The notes under the pieces are model-generated. The model was not told the origin of the DNA and ran no database searches. It was given only the letters and a program-made list of their open reading frames with translations. A stretch of DNA of 64,000 nt from Candidatus Marinacidobacterium sp. (GTDB lineage: Bacteria > Acidobacteriota > Vicinamibacteria > Marinacidobacterales > Marinacidobacteraceae), in the NCBI GenBank assembly GCA_965204755.1, contig OZ242011.1:2752001-2816000 (forward strand), written 5' to 3'. Position 1 is the stretch's first letter; each line of letters begins with the position of its first letter. Both the position numbers and the translations under genes were made by a program. Of the stretch, positions 1 to 10,364 are shown piece after piece.

Positions 1-153
1 GACGACTCCGGAGGCCTCCACCGTGGAGACGAAGTCCCGCGCCGAAACGATCGCGGTTTCGACCCGGCGGCGGTCGTCCGGCGTTTCGACGCTGAGCCAG
101 AACACCAGCGCCGCGGCGGAGGCGGCGAGGACCGCCCCGAGCAGTTTCTTCAT
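1..153 (-). CDS. Probable efflux/ABC periplasmic adaptor (HlyD/MFP family), 5' part only
   Basis: Manual translation from ATG at 153: MKKLLGAVLAASAAALVFWLSVETPDDRRRVETAIVSARDFVSTVEASGVV; N-terminal TM plus 'V..V...d...tv.asG.v' MFP-like start; runs off the window edge. Confidence 0.6.
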   Translation of the reverse strand, partial: MKKLLGAVLAASAAALVFWLSVETPDDRRRVETAIVSARDFVSTVEASGVV

Positions 154-190
154 TCCGGTGGACCCGCCTCGCCGGAGAAGCCGCCCGCGC

Positions 191-979
191 TCAGCCTCCC
201 GACGCGGCGCCGAAGCCGAGCGCCTCGCGCAGGAGTTCCATCCCGCCGAAGAACGCGGTTACCAGCGCCCACAGCGCCGCCGCCACGCCGAAGGAGCGGC
301 GGCGGGAGACGCCGAGGACGATCGCGAAGCCGATGCCGGTGAGCGCGAGTTCCCAGAGGACGAACAACTCGATGCGGAGGGCGACGGCGCGCGCGACCGC
401 GCCCAAGTCCGGGACCGCGGCGGCGAGGCTGGAGCGGAGCGGCTCTTCGGCGCGCTCCGGCGGGAGCGGGTAGGAGAACCGCGCGACCGCGGCGGTGAGC
501 GCCGCGCGCGCCGCGGCCGCCGGCCAGGCGGCGTGCAGCACCGTGGAGTAGATGTGGCGGAAACTGCCTTTCACGCCCAGCAGGCCGAACGCCAGGAGGA
601 AGACCGCCGCCGCGGCGAGCGGGTTGATCATCGCCCCCAGCGCCCCGAGGATCGGCGCGAAGGCGCGGGCCATGCCCAGCGCCTGCCGGGTGGCCTCCTC
701 GGTCCGCTCCCGTTCGGCCCGCGACTGGTTGCGGAGGAAACGCGGGGCTTCCTCCAACTGCCGCTCGACCGTGTAGGCGGCGAGGCGGTCGAGGTCGGTG
801 GCCCGGCTGAGCGCAGTGGCCTCGATGCTTCCGGCCAGCGCGAGGGCGAGGATCGCCGAGGACACCGCCGGCGTCTCCGCGAGCCCGGCGAAGGTCTTTC
901 CCGGCGCCGTGAACATGGTCAGCAACCGCCGCGCGGAGTCGCCGCGCTTCCGGCCGCCGTTCGCGGGAATGCGATCCAT
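191..979 (-). CDS. YIP1-family membrane protein
   Basis: MDRIPA...MFTAPGKTFAGL..P motif followed by several TM helices; upstream of the MFP gene; start chosen at ATG 979. Confidence 0.65.
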   Translation of the reverse strand: MDRIPANGGRKRGDSARRLLTMFTAPGKTFAGLAETPAVSSAILALALAGSIEATALSRATDLDRLAAYTVERQLEEAPRFLRNQSRAERERTEEATRQALGMARAFAPILGALGAMINPLAAAAVFLLAFGLLGVKGSFRHIYSTVLHAAWPAAAARAALTAAVARFSYPLPPERAEEPLRSSLAAAVPDLGAVARAVALRIELFVLWELALTGIGFAIVLGVSRRRSFGVAAALWALVTAFFGGMELLREALGFGAASGG

Positions 980-1253
980 GTCGGCGACTATATGGCCGCC
1001 CCCCTCGTCGCCTGTCGCCCCCTGTCGTCGCCTGTCGTCGTCCGCCCGTCGTCGTCCGCGCCTATCGTCGTCTGCCGGCCGTCGGCCGCCCGCCCGCGGC
1101 TGTCCGCCCGCCGCAGAGCCGGCGCCGCGCGAGCGGCTCCCTATAATCGGAAACCCTTCGCTCCCAGCCGTCCCGGCGCCCGGAGCGGTCGAACGGGCCG
1201 CCGGGACCGGGAACCCGACCCTCGAACTTCGACCGGAGAACAGGCCGAACCGC

Positions 1254-2846
1254 ATGAACCTTCGTCACCTCCGCCGCCTCGCCGGCGCGCTCGCGCTGGG
1301 CGCCTTCGCCGGGGCCGCCGCTTCCGCGCAGGACCTCGAAACCCTCCGCCCGGCCGCCGGCGAAGGCGCCGCCGAGCACGCGAAACTCGTCCAGGAGATC
1401 GTGGATTCCCTCTACAGTTTCGGCGAACTCGGTTTCCAGGAAATCGAAACCTCCCGTTACCTCACGGAGATCCTCCGCGAACACGGGTTCACCGTGGAGG
1501 ACGGCATCTCCGGCATCCCGACCGCGTGGCTCGCGCGCTGGGGTTCGGGTTCGCCGGTCATCGCGCTCGGCAGCGACCTCGACGGGATTCCCGGGGCGTC
1601 GCAGAAACCCGGAGTCGCCTACCACGACCCGCTGGTCGAAGGAGCGCCGGGGCACGGGGAGGGACACAACTCCGGGCAGGCGGTCATCATCGCCGGGGCG
1701 CTCGCGGTCAAGGACATCATGGAGCGCCAAAACCTCCCGGGAACGATCCTCATCTGGCCGGGAGTCGCCGAAGAAGTCGTCGGGACGAAGGCCTGGTTCG
1801 TCCGTGACGGGCACTTCGCCGAGGTGGATGTCTGCATCTTCACGCATGTCTCCTCGCAGTTCGGCGTGAGTTGGGGGCAGGGCGGAGGCAACGGGCTCGT
1901 CTCGGTCGAATACACCTTCCGGGGCGAGGCGGCGCATTCCGCCGGCGCTCCCTGGCGCGGACGCAGCGCGCTCGACGCGGTCGAAATCATGAACACCGCC
2001 TGGAACTTCAAACGCGAACACCTGCGCCTGCCGCACCGCTCCCACTATGTGATCACGAACGGCGGCGCCCAACCGAATGTGGTGCCGCAACTCGCTTCGG
2101 TCTGGTACTACTTCCGCGAACTCGACCAGCCGATGATGAAGGAACTCTTCGAACTCGGCAACACGATGGCGGAAGCGGCGGCGGCGATGACTTCCACCGA
2201 GGTTTCCTGGCGCATCCTCGGACACGCCTATCCGCGTTACTTCAACAAGCCGGTGGCGGAAGCGGTCTGGGCGAACATCGAGCGTGTCGGGCTGCCGGAA
2301 TGGAGCGAAGCCGACCAGGCGCTCGCGCACGCGCTGCAGCGCGAACTCGGCGTGGAGGAGCGGGGGCTCCCCACGGAACTGGGCGAGATCCGCGGGCCGG
2401 CGGCAGAGCCGCGTCTCGGCGGCGGTTCGGACGACATCGGCGACATCAGTTGGAACATGCCGACGGTCACGCTGCGGTTTCCGTCGAACATACCCGGCGG
2501 GCCGGGACACCACTGGGCGAACGGGGTGGCCATGGCCACGCCCATCGCGCACAAGGGCGCGGTCGCCGGCGCAAGCGTGGTCGCCATGACGCTGATGGAC
2601 CTGCTCCTCGATCCCGAACTCGTTCCGGCGGCGAAGGAATACTTCGCGGAACAGACCGCGGAGCACCAGTACGCGCCGCTCATCGGCCCGGACGATCCGC
2701 CGGCGATCCACCTGAACGCGGAGCGGATGGAGTCGTTCCGCGAGGCGATGCGCCCGTTCTACTACGACCCGGAGCGGTACGACACCTACCTGGAGCAGTT
2801 GGGGATCGAATACCCCACGGTGCGGGAGAAAGGGCCGGGGAACTGA
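1254..2846 (+). CDS. M20 family amidohydrolase (AbgB-like) with signal peptide
   Basis: GSDLDGIPG, GHGEGHN, AEE, AAHSAGAPWRGRSALDAVE, GGSDDIGDISW motifs. Confidence 0.85.
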   Translation: MNLRHLRRLAGALALGAFAGAAASAQDLETLRPAAGEGAAEHAKLVQEIVDSLYSFGELGFQEIETSRYLTEILREHGFTVEDGISGIPTAWLARWGSGSPVIALGSDLDGIPGASQKPGVAYHDPLVEGAPGHGEGHNSGQAVIIAGALAVKDIMERQNLPGTILIWPGVAEEVVGTKAWFVRDGHFAEVDVCIFTHVSSQFGVSWGQGGGNGLVSVEYTFRGEAAHSAGAPWRGRSALDAVEIMNTAWNFKREHLRLPHRSHYVITNGGAQPNVVPQLASVWYYFRELDQPMMKELFELGNTMAEAAAAMTSTEVSWRILGHAYPRYFNKPVAEAVWANIERVGLPEWSEADQALAHALQRELGVEERGLPTELGEIRGPAAEPRLGGGSDDIGDISWNMPTVTLRFPSNIPGGPGHHWANGVAMATPIAHKGAVAGASVVAMTLMDLLLDPELVPAAKEYFAEQTAEHQYAPLIGPDDPPAIHLNAERMESFREAMRPFYYDPERYDTYLEQLGIEYPTVREKGPGN

Positions 2847-2998
2847 GGGGGAGCGGGCGTCCTCATGCCGAGGCGCGGTCTTCCGGCGCCTCGATCAGGC
2901 GCCGCCACTCAGGAGAACCCGTTGGTTGGACTCGATCGCCGGCGGCGCAGCCGACCGCGGCGTCCGGCGCGCGTTCGGGAACTCCGGCGAAACGACGC

Positions 2999-3085
2999 TG
3001 GTGCCGAAGCAGGGATTTGAACCCTGACACTCGCTAGGAGTACTGCGCCCTGAACGCAGCGCGTCTGCCGTTCCGCCACTTCGGC
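2999..3085 (-). tRNA. tRNA-Leu (CAG)
   Basis: Reverse complement GCCGAAGTGGCGGAACGGCAGACGCGCTGCGTTCAGGGCGCAG...GGGTTCAAATCCC..TTCGGCACCA; 87 nt, long variable arm, anticodon CAG, encoded CCA. Confidence 0.95.
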
Positions 3086-3171
3086 CCGCGTCGTCTTTTC
3101 AATCTTAGCAGTCGACGGCGTCCCCGGAGGTCGGGTTCGGCGCTTCCGGGTCGTCGGCGACCGGCTTCGCG

Positions 3172-5127
3172 GTGAGTTCCCGGGACAGGCGCCGGCGCGG
3201 GCGGCGGGTGGATGTCCGCGCGGCGCCGGCGCGCTTCCGCGGACGGTTCCGGGGGCGTCCGCGAGGCGACGGCCTGGTGGTCCCGGAGGGCGGTGACGCC
3301 GGGGACGAGGAACTCCATCTCACCCGGACGCGGCTCGGCGGGGCGCTTCCCGGGGACCTGGTGGAAGCGGAGGCGCGGTTCCGCGGCCGCTCCGGGCGGC
3401 TCGAAGGCGAAGTCGTCCGCGTGCTGGAACGGGCCGACGCTCCGCTGGTGGGCGTGGTGAGCGGGGACGGCGCGGCCGTGGATGTCTGGGGGCGCGAGTG
3501 GAGCCGGGAAGTGGTCGTCCCGGAGCGGGACCGGCGGGGCGCGCGGCCCGGCGAGTTCGTCGGCCTGCGGGTGACCGGGGCCCCGGCGGTCGGCGGTCGG
3601 CCGGTCACCGGCGAAATCGTCCGCGTCTTCGGCGGCGGGGACGAGCCGGAGGCGGAACTCGCCGCCGCGCTCTTCCGCTTCGGCATCCGCGACGAGTTCC
3701 CGGCGGAGGCGCTCGCGCAGGCGGAGGAGGCGCCGGGCGGCGTGTCGGAGGGCGACCGCGCCGGCCGGGAAGACCTGCGCGGGCGCCTGATCCTGACGAT
3801 GGACCCGAAGGACGCCCGCGACCACGACGACGCCGTCGAAGCGGCGGAGATGCCGGGCGGCGGGTTCGAGGTCGGTGTCCACATCGCCGATGTCGGGCGG
3901 TATGTCCCGGCGGGGAGCCCGGTGGACGAGGAAGCCGCCCGGCGGGGGACTTCCGCGTACTTCCCGGAGCGCGCGGTCCCGATGCTGCCGGAGGCGCTCT
4001 CGTCCGGCATCTGCTCGCTCCGGGCGGGGGTGGATCGGCTCTCGGTTTCGGCGCGGTTGACCGTGGGCGGCGACGGGACGCTGCGGGAGGCCCGGTTCTT
4101 CCGCAGCGTGATCCGGAGCGCCGCCGGGCTCGACTACGGAGAGGGCGCGGCGATGCTCGCCGGAGCGGAGCCGGGGCCGCTCGGCGAGGCGGTGCGGGTC
4201 ATGGGCCGGGCCGCGTCGGCGCTCGCGGCGGCCCGGCGGCGCCGGGGGGCGGTGGACCTCGACCTGCCGGAGCCGGCGGTGGAGACCGATGCCCGCGGGA
4301 ACCTGGTCCGGGTGGGCCGCGCGGAACGGACGGAGGCGCACCGGCTGGTGGAGGAGTTCATGCTGCTCGCCAACCAAGCCGTCGCGGAGCGGCTGGGGGC
4401 GGCGGGCCTGCCGGCGCTCTTCCGGGCGCACGCGGCCCCGCCTCCCGACCGCGCCGCCCGGCTCGAGGACCTGCTCGCGGCCTTCGGGGAGCGGCTGGCG
4501 CCGGCGGGGGCCGCCCTCCGCCCGGCGCACTTCGCCGGGTTGCTGGCCCGGATCGCGAACCGCCGGGAAGCCCCGTTCCTGCGCCGCCGGATGCTCCGCG
4601 CCCTGGCGCTCGCCCGGTATTCGCCGAGGAACGAGGGCCACTTCGCGCTGGCGCTGCCCGACTACCTCCACTTCACTTCGCCCATCCGCCGCTATCCGGA
4701 CCTGCTCGCCCACCGGGCGCTCGCCGCGCATCTCGATGGGGACGACTCCGGCCTCCCGGACGGGGAGACCGTCGCCGAACTCGCCGAGAGTTGCTCCCGG
4801 ACGGAGCGGGCCGCGGAGGCGGCGGAGCGGGCGCTGCTCGAACGCCGGATCACCCGCTTCCTGGCGGCGCGGCTGGGGGACGCGTTCGCGGCGCGGGTCT
4901 CGGCGCTGGGCCGGTTCGGGCTGGAAGCGGAACTCGACGAGGTCCCGGTGACCGGGACGGTTCCGATGGAGACGCTCGCGGACGACCGCTACCGCTTCCA
5001 CCGCCAGACCCACTCCCTGCGTGGTCGGGCCACCGGTCGATCCTTCCGCCTCGGCGACCCGCTCGAAGTCCAACTCGTCCGCGCCGACCGCCGCTCCGGC
5101 GAGTTGGAGTTCGTTCTCGCGGAGTAG
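3172..5127 (+). CDS. rnr: Ribonuclease R / RNB family exoribonuclease
   Basis: DPKDARDHDDA, VHIADV, AHRLVEEFMLLAN, HFTSPIRRYPDL, C-terminal S1-like domain. Confidence 0.9.
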   Translation: MSSRDRRRRGRRVDVRAAPARFRGRFRGRPRGDGLVVPEGGDAGDEELHLTRTRLGGALPGDLVEAEARFRGRSGRLEGEVVRVLERADAPLVGVVSGDGAAVDVWGREWSREVVVPERDRRGARPGEFVGLRVTGAPAVGGRPVTGEIVRVFGGGDEPEAELAAALFRFGIRDEFPAEALAQAEEAPGGVSEGDRAGREDLRGRLILTMDPKDARDHDDAVEAAEMPGGGFEVGVHIADVGRYVPAGSPVDEEAARRGTSAYFPERAVPMLPEALSSGICSLRAGVDRLSVSARLTVGGDGTLREARFFRSVIRSAAGLDYGEGAAMLAGAEPGPLGEAVRVMGRAASALAAARRRRGAVDLDLPEPAVETDARGNLVRVGRAERTEAHRLVEEFMLLANQAVAERLGAAGLPALFRAHAAPPPDRAARLEDLLAAFGERLAPAGAALRPAHFAGLLARIANRREAPFLRRRMLRALALARYSPRNEGHFALALPDYLHFTSPIRRYPDLLAHRALAAHLDGDDSGLPDGETVAELAESCSRTERAAEAAERALLERRITRFLAARLGDAFAARVSALGRFGLEAELDEVPVTGTVPMETLADDRYRFHRQTHSLRGRATGRSFRLGDPLEVQLVRADRRSGELEFVLAE

Positions 5128-5154
5128 TCGGCGCTCCGGGAGTTGTCGCGGCGC

Positions 5155-6963
5155 TCACTGCGCGGTTCCGGCGACCGGGGCGCTCCATTCGCTGACGATC
5201 GGCCCCGTCCCCGCCAGGGCCCCGGAACGGATCTGGAAATACAGGGTCTGGCCGGACTCGGCGCGGACGAAGGCCACGGTCGCGCTCGTGATGTGCAGCG
5301 TCGCGGAAGCCAGTCCGGCGATGCTCGGAGCAACCCGGTATTGGTAGTTGCTCGCGCCGGGGACGCTGTTCCAGACCCATTCGAGCGAGTTCGGGCCCGT
5401 GTTCGCGAGGCGCGGCCGCGGGGCGGCGAGTCGGTTCGGTTCGGGAAGGCTGGTTCCGCTGACGGCCGCGCTCCAGGCGCTCTTCCGGTTCGGCGCCCCG
5501 GCCCGCACCCGCGCATAACCGGTGGTGGCCGGCAGGACGGTGAAGCGGAAACGGGTCGCGGTAACGCTGGCCACCATCGTGGAGGAGAAGTCCCCGGGGA
5601 CGAGACTGAGTTGGATCTCGTACTCCGTCGCCCCGGAGACCGCTTCCCAGCCGAATTCGATGAAATCCGTTCCCGTGGCTGTCACCGTCAGCCCGCGAGG
5701 GACGCCGAGCGCGGTCGGCGGCGGCGGGGGAGTGGCGCCGCCGGAAGCGAGTTCGCAGCCGGCGGCGGTGCAGGCGGCGATTTCGGCGCCGGAGCAGCCG
5801 CCGCCCACGAAGCCGAATTCCAGTTCCGGCTCCACGAGCGAATGCTCGCCGGGCCAGCGGAGGTCCACGGAGTGGCGGGACGCGCCGCCCTGCGGCTCCA
5901 CCCGCCAGCCGGCGAAGTTGAGCACGGAGACCGGGGGCCAGTTGCGTTCGGCCATCCCCGGGGTGAGCAGGTAGGGGGAGCGCTGGAACAGCGTGGCTTC
6001 CGCGGCGGAGGCGGACTGGGTGACGGTGAGGGTGGTGAACAGCAGGCCTTCGTCGAAGGTGCCGTCGCCCGCCGCCAGGGTGGTCGGGGGCAGGGCGCGG
6101 ATCGAGATGCCGGGGCAGGGGGAGGCGCCGCCTTCCCGGATGACGAACCGGGCGTCGTCTCCCAGGCGGACGCCGACGGTTCCCGCCGGCGGGGGGACGA
6201 AGCGGACCAGCCCGGTCTCGTCGTCCTCGGCGAAGCGGGCGTCTTCCGATGCCGTGAGGCGCGCGGAGGTCGTTCCGGAGAGGCCGCGCCCGGCCGGGAC
6301 GGCGACGGCGCTCCGCCCCAGCCGGAACTCCTCCGGGTCGGCGGTTTCCGCGAGCGTGGACAGCGCGAGGTCGAGCGGGGCGGCGAGGTTCCGCACTTCG
6401 TAGCGGATCGGCAGGTCGGCGCCGCCCCCTTCGGGGACTTCCAGCGGCCCCTCCGGCCCGCCGGCGGCGAAGGAGACGAGGACGCCGCCTTCCCGGATGG
6501 AGACCGGCAGGTCGGCGCCGAGTTGCGCGCTCACGCCGGGGTCGGGGACGAACCGCAGCGACAGCGTCTCCGTGCCTTCCTCGAACTCGTCGTCGGCGAG
6601 CGCGGTGAGTTCCAGGGACACCGTTCCGGTGGCTCCCGCTCCGGCGGGGATCTCGACGAACGCGTTCGGCAGGGAGAAGTCGGCGGACTGCGCGGCGCCG
6701 GGCAGCGGGGACACCCGCAGCCGCCAGGGGGCGGCGAGGCTGCGCGCCTCGTAGCGGACCGGGAGGGAGGCGGTGTCCCCCTCGTACACCTCCGCGGAAG
6801 CGACGCCGAAAGTGACCACCGCGGCGACGGGCGGCGGGGGGGCGGGCCCTCCCGGCGTCCCCGGGGCGGTCGCGCCGCCGCCCTCTCCGCAGCCGGCGAG
6901 GGCGCCCGCCGCGGCGGCGGCCGCGGGGAGGAGCGCGAAGCGGCGCCGGCGGGAGCCGTTCAC
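5155..6963 (-). CDS. Lipoprotein with Calx-beta-like repeats and two C-terminal fibronectin type III domains
   Basis: Lipobox ALAGC; DDEFEEGTET/EDARFAEDDET Calx-beta-like motifs; FN3 pattern P.GL.V...GTDFIEFGWEAVSGATEYEIQ. Confidence 0.7.
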   Translation of the reverse strand: MNGSRRRRFALLPAAAAAAGALAGCGEGGGATAPGTPGGPAPPPPVAAVVTFGVASAEVYEGDTASLPVRYEARSLAAPWRLRVSPLPGAAQSADFSLPNAFVEIPAGAGATGTVSLELTALADDEFEEGTETLSLRFVPDPGVSAQLGADLPVSIREGGVLVSFAAGGPEGPLEVPEGGGADLPIRYEVRNLAAPLDLALSTLAETADPEEFRLGRSAVAVPAGRGLSGTTSARLTASEDARFAEDDETGLVRFVPPPAGTVGVRLGDDARFVIREGGASPCPGISIRALPPTTLAAGDGTFDEGLLFTTLTVTQSASAAEATLFQRSPYLLTPGMAERNWPPVSVLNFAGWRVEPQGGASRHSVDLRWPGEHSLVEPELEFGFVGGGCSGAEIAACTAAGCELASGGATPPPPPTALGVPRGLTVTATGTDFIEFGWEAVSGATEYEIQLSLVPGDFSSTMVASVTATRFRFTVLPATTGYARVRAGAPNRKSAWSAAVSGTSLPEPNRLAAPRPRLANTGPNSLEWVWNSVPGASNYQYRVAPSIAGLASATLHITSATVAFVRAESGQTLYFQIRSGALAGTGPIVSEWSAPVAGTAQ

Positions 6964-8147
6964 CGGATGAAGTCGCTTCCCCGGCGGTCGGGCGGCAGTT
7001 CCAGCGAGACGCCGGAAGTCTCGTCACCGGCCTGCACCGTGACCGGGCTCAGGCGGGCGCCGTTGAGCGCCCGCAGCAGGGCGCCGGCCTCGAGGAGGTT
7101 CTGGTGGGCGTCCACGCGGGTCATCGGGCCTGCGCGGATCAGGTAGTCGCCGGGAACCAGGCCCTCCAGCCGGAACCTGCCGTCCTCGTCGGTGAAGACG
7201 CCGGGGCCGGGGGCGGTCTGTCCGCCCGGCAGGAGGCGGACGCTGCCGACGGCGGCGAAGCGGGCCGGTGAGCCGGAGGCGGTGACCCGGCCGGTGATCG
7301 CGCCGGTGCGACGCTCCCAGCCGCCGGCGGGGCGCAGGAGCGAGGCGGCGACGATGTCGTCGAGGGCGAGGGCGTTGGAGATGTCCAGCCCGTAGGACAT
7401 CTTCGGGGTCTCGCCCCAGATCCCGATGTCCCGGAAGGCGTGGACGATGGTCGGGTGGCGGCCGGAGTGGGCGAGTCCGAGGCAGTGGCCGAACTCGTGG
7501 ATCGTGGTGGTCAGGCTGCGCGGATCGTCGGAGGCGAGCCGCGCCGCCACCGCGGGGATGATTTCGATGTCGCACTCGAAGAGTTCCCAGGGCCCGAAGC
7601 GGTGGCGCCGTTGGAACCACCAGTTGGCGCGGCCGGCGAACCCCTCTTCGTTCGTGGTAACGGTGACGGCGTTGCGGTCGTCCTGCTCGACGCCGGGGCC
7701 GGAAGCGACTCCGGTGAGGCGGAGGCGGATGTCGGCGGTCGGGATCCGGCTCCAGGCCGCCATCGCCTCGCGCACGAACGGAAGGGCGGCGGAGTGGCTG
7801 GCGAAGGGCGGCGGCTGCGCCGCGCCTTCGCCGTCCACCCACGAGTCGGTCCAGCCGGGGTCGTCGGCCAGGAACCACTCCAGCGCGGCGCCGGCCGGCC
7901 AGTACTCGGCGCTCCACCGGGCGGCGCCGTCGGCCCCTGCGATGCGCGAGCCGTCGTCGTAGGCCGGGACGAAGCGGTAGCCGGAGGCGCCGGCCCCGAC
8001 CAGCAGGCCGCCGAGGGCCAACGCCGCGGCCCGCGCGAGTCCCCGCCGGCCGGCGGCGGGGAGGCGGCGACTCGTCCGGCCCGCCCGCGGGAGCGGGCGG
8101 AGGCTCGCGGCGAGGCGGGGCGGGGCGGTCATCGAGGAGGGCCGCAT
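6960..8147 (-). CDS. Secreted metzincin (matrixin-like) metalloprotease with C-terminal carboxypeptidase-regulatory-like domain
   Basis: HEFGHCLGLAHS zinc motif, Met-turn-like PKMSY, TDEDGRFRLEGLVPGDY; start uncertain. Confidence 0.75.
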   Translation of the reverse strand: MRPSSMTAPPRLAASLRPLPRAGRTSRRLPAAGRRGLARAAALALGGLLVGAGASGYRFVPAYDDGSRIAGADGAARWSAEYWPAGAALEWFLADDPGWTDSWVDGEGAAQPPPFASHSAALPFVREAMAAWSRIPTADIRLRLTGVASGPGVEQDDRNAVTVTTNEEGFAGRANWWFQRRHRFGPWELFECDIEIIPAVAARLASDDPRSLTTTIHEFGHCLGLAHSGRHPTIVHAFRDIGIWGETPKMSYGLDISNALALDDIVAASLLRPAGGWERRTGAITGRVTASGSPARFAAVGSVRLLPGGQTAPGPGVFTDEDGRFRLEGLVPGDYLIRAGPMTRVDAHQNLLEAGALLRALNGARLSPVTVQAGDETSGVSLELPPDRRGSDFIR

Positions 8148-8240
8148 CGGGAGGGTCGCATCGGGAGTGACCGCATCGGGGAGGGCCGCATCGGGGAGAG
8201 CGGCATCGGGCGGGTCGGCGTCGGGCGGGTCGGCATCGGT
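8144..8240. repeat. Degenerate ~14-15 bp tandem repeat (GCATCGGG-N6/7), about 7 copies
   Basis: gcatcgggagggtc gcatcgggagtgacc gcatcggggagggcc gcatcggggagagcg gcatcgggcgggtcg... Confidence 0.7.
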
Positions 8241-8444
8241 CGTGGACTCGGACTTTCGGGCACGCGGGGAACCTACCCGGCGGCTACGACAGAAAACGAC
8301 TCCCCGAACGGCCGGTCGCTTCCCGCGCCGGCGGCGGGCCGCGCCCGAGGCGTCCGGGGCCGGGTCGCGGACGGGCGGCGGGCCTCGCCCCCGCCGAACT
8401 TCGCCCTGCCCCCCGCCCCCCGGTCCGCCGTCAGGCGGCGGGCG

Positions 8445-10364
8445 TCACGCGTCGGGGCGGTCCGGGTCGCGGGGGAGGGCCAGCGAGAACACCGAGCCCC
8501 GCCCCGGCTGGCTCGACACCGTGAGCCGGCCGCCCAAGCCCTCCGCGGTGTGGCGGGCGATGGTCAGGCCGAGCCCGGTGCCGCCGACCGCGCGCGAGCG
8601 GGCCGGATCCACCCGGTAGAACCGCTCGAAGATCCGGGCGCGGTGCGCTTTCGGAATGCCCACGCCGTCGTCGCGCACGGAAACGACTACTTCGCCGTCC
8701 CGCGACTTCGTTTCGATCTCGACCCGGCCGTCCTCGGAGGAATACTGCACCGCGTTGTCCACCAGGTTCTGCAGGATCTCGATGAGCAGGTTGGGGTCGG
8801 TGTGGATGGTTTCGTCCTCCGCTCCGCCGGTGACCCGCAGCGTCCGTTCGCCGGCCTTCACCCGCGCCGAGTCCAACACGAACCCGATCACATCGGGCAG
8901 GCGCACCGGCAAGGTCTCCACATCCATCTTGCCGGCCTCGATCCGGGCCAACTTGAGCAGGTCGTCGGTCAGCCGGGAAAGCCGGACCGCGTGTTCCCGG
9001 ATGATGCGCAGGAACCGTTCGTTTTCTTCCGCGGCTTCCACTTTCCCGTCCAGCAGGGTCTCCGCGAAACCCCGGATGGCGGTGAGCGGCGTCTTGAGTT
9101 CGTGCGAGAGGTTCGCCACGAAGTCGCGGCGGACGCGCTCGAGGGCATGGAGTTCGGTCACATCCATGACGACCAGCACGGCGCCTTCCGGCTCGCCGCC
9201 CGCCGCCCCCCCGCCCGACGCCCCCCCGCCCGACGCTACACCGCCCGACGCCCCGCGCTCGCCGTCCCGCCGGCCGTTCGCCGCCTCGGCGGGGGGCCGG
9301 ATCGGCGCTCCCCGCGCGAGCACCTCCCGGCCCCGCACCGAGAGTTCGCGCTCGCGCGCCTTGCCGCGCATCGCCGCCTTCACCATCTTCAGGAGTTGTT
9401 TCTCCTCGAGCACCCGGCGGGCGCCGAGTCCTTCGTATTCCTGCCACGAAGCGCCGGGCAGCGACAGGACTTCGCGGAATGCCCGGTTCACATACTGGAC
9501 GCGCAGGTTCCGGTCGAGCACCGCGACGCCTTCGACCATGCTGGAAAGGATCGTCGCGCCCTGGTTCCGCTCCTGGGTGAGCGAAGTGAAAGTCCGCTCC
9601 AGCGCCGCCGCGGTGCGGTTCAGCGAAACCAGCAACTCGTCCAACTCGTCCGGACGGACGGGCGCGGTTTCGGGAGTGAAGTCCCCCTGCGCGACCCGCT
9701 CCGAAAAGCGAACCAAACGCCCCACCCGGTCGGCGAACTTCCGCGAATACCAGAGCGAGAACCCGCCCCCGGCGAGGGCGGCGAGCAGCGCCGCCAGCGC
9801 CACCGGCGCCAGGATGGCGCGGATCGTCTCTTCGATCCGCACCACCGGTTCCGCGAGCCGCAGCACCACCTCCGGGTACCAGGACGGCCGGACCGCCACA
9901 TAGGTGAGGTCTTCGCCGCGGGTATCGCTGAACCGCTGGGAGCGGCCGTAACCGGAGCGGAACGCGGCGGCGACTTCCGGGCGGTCCGCGTGGTTGTCCA
10001 TCGCCGCCGGATCGTCGTGCGAGTCGGCGAGCACCGCGCCGTCGAGCGCGATCAGCGTGACCCGGCGCTCGGTCCCGGTCGGCGTGGCCGAACTCTCCTC
10101 CGGGGCGGACCCGAACGCCGACAGCCGTATCGCCCAGTCGGCGAGCGACTGCGGCGAGTCGTCCTCCGGCGGGTTCGCGAGCGCCACTTCGGTGATTCCG
10201 TCCAGTCGGGCGAAGGTGGAGGACACGGCGCTCGCGCGCACCACCGACGCAGTGGTCAGCAGCGCGGCGAGGAGCGCGGGCAGCGCGACCGCCAGACTGG
10301 CGAGCGCCAGCCGAACGGCCAGGCGGCGCGGCCGGCGAAGCCGCGCGCGGCGGTCGGGGCTCAG
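8445..10364 (-). CDS. phoR: Sensor histidine kinase, PhoR-like (HAMP-PAS-HisKA-HATPase)
   Basis: MDNHADRPEV, RRDFVANLSHELKTPLT, NLVDNAVQY, DDGVGIP, FERFYRVD..RSR..GGTGLGL; start approximate (abuts response-regulator stop). Confidence 0.8.
   Translation of the reverse strand: MSPDRRARLRRPRRLAVRLALASLAVALPALLAALLTTASVVRASAVSSTFARLDGITEVALANPPEDDSPQSLADWAIRLSAFGSAPEESSATPTGTERRVTLIALDGAVLADSHDDPAAMDNHADRPEVAAAFRSGYGRSQRFSDTRGEDLTYVAVRPSWYPEVVLRLAEPVVRIEETIRAILAPVALAALLAALAGGGFSLWYSRKFADRVGRLVRFSERVAQGDFTPETAPVRPDELDELLVSLNRTAAALERTFTSLTQERNQGATILSSMVEGVAVLDRNLRVQYVNRAFREVLSLPGASWQEYEGLGARRVLEEKQLLKMVKAAMRGKARERELSVRGREVLARGAPIRPPAEAANGRRDGERGASGGVASGGGASGGGAAGGEPEGAVLVVMDVTELHALERVRRDFVANLSHELKTPLTAIRGFAETLLDGKVEAAEENERFLRIIREHAVRLSRLTDDLLKLARIEAGKMDVETLPVRLPDVIGFVLDSARVKAGERTLRVTGGAEDETIHTDPNLLIEILQNLVDNAVQYSSEDGRVEIETKSRDGEVVVSVRDDGVGIPKAHRARIFERFYRVDPARSRAVGGTGLGLTIARHTAEGLGGRLTVSSQPGRGSVFSLALPRDPDRPDA

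Noticed and set aside
2999-3085. tRNA-Leu as an integration site of an island
   Set aside because: No integrase and no duplicated tRNA 3' end seen in the window
9190-9260. GGxASG-type repeat inside the sensor kinase
   Set aside because: In-frame low-complexity linker within the PAS region; ordinary slippage
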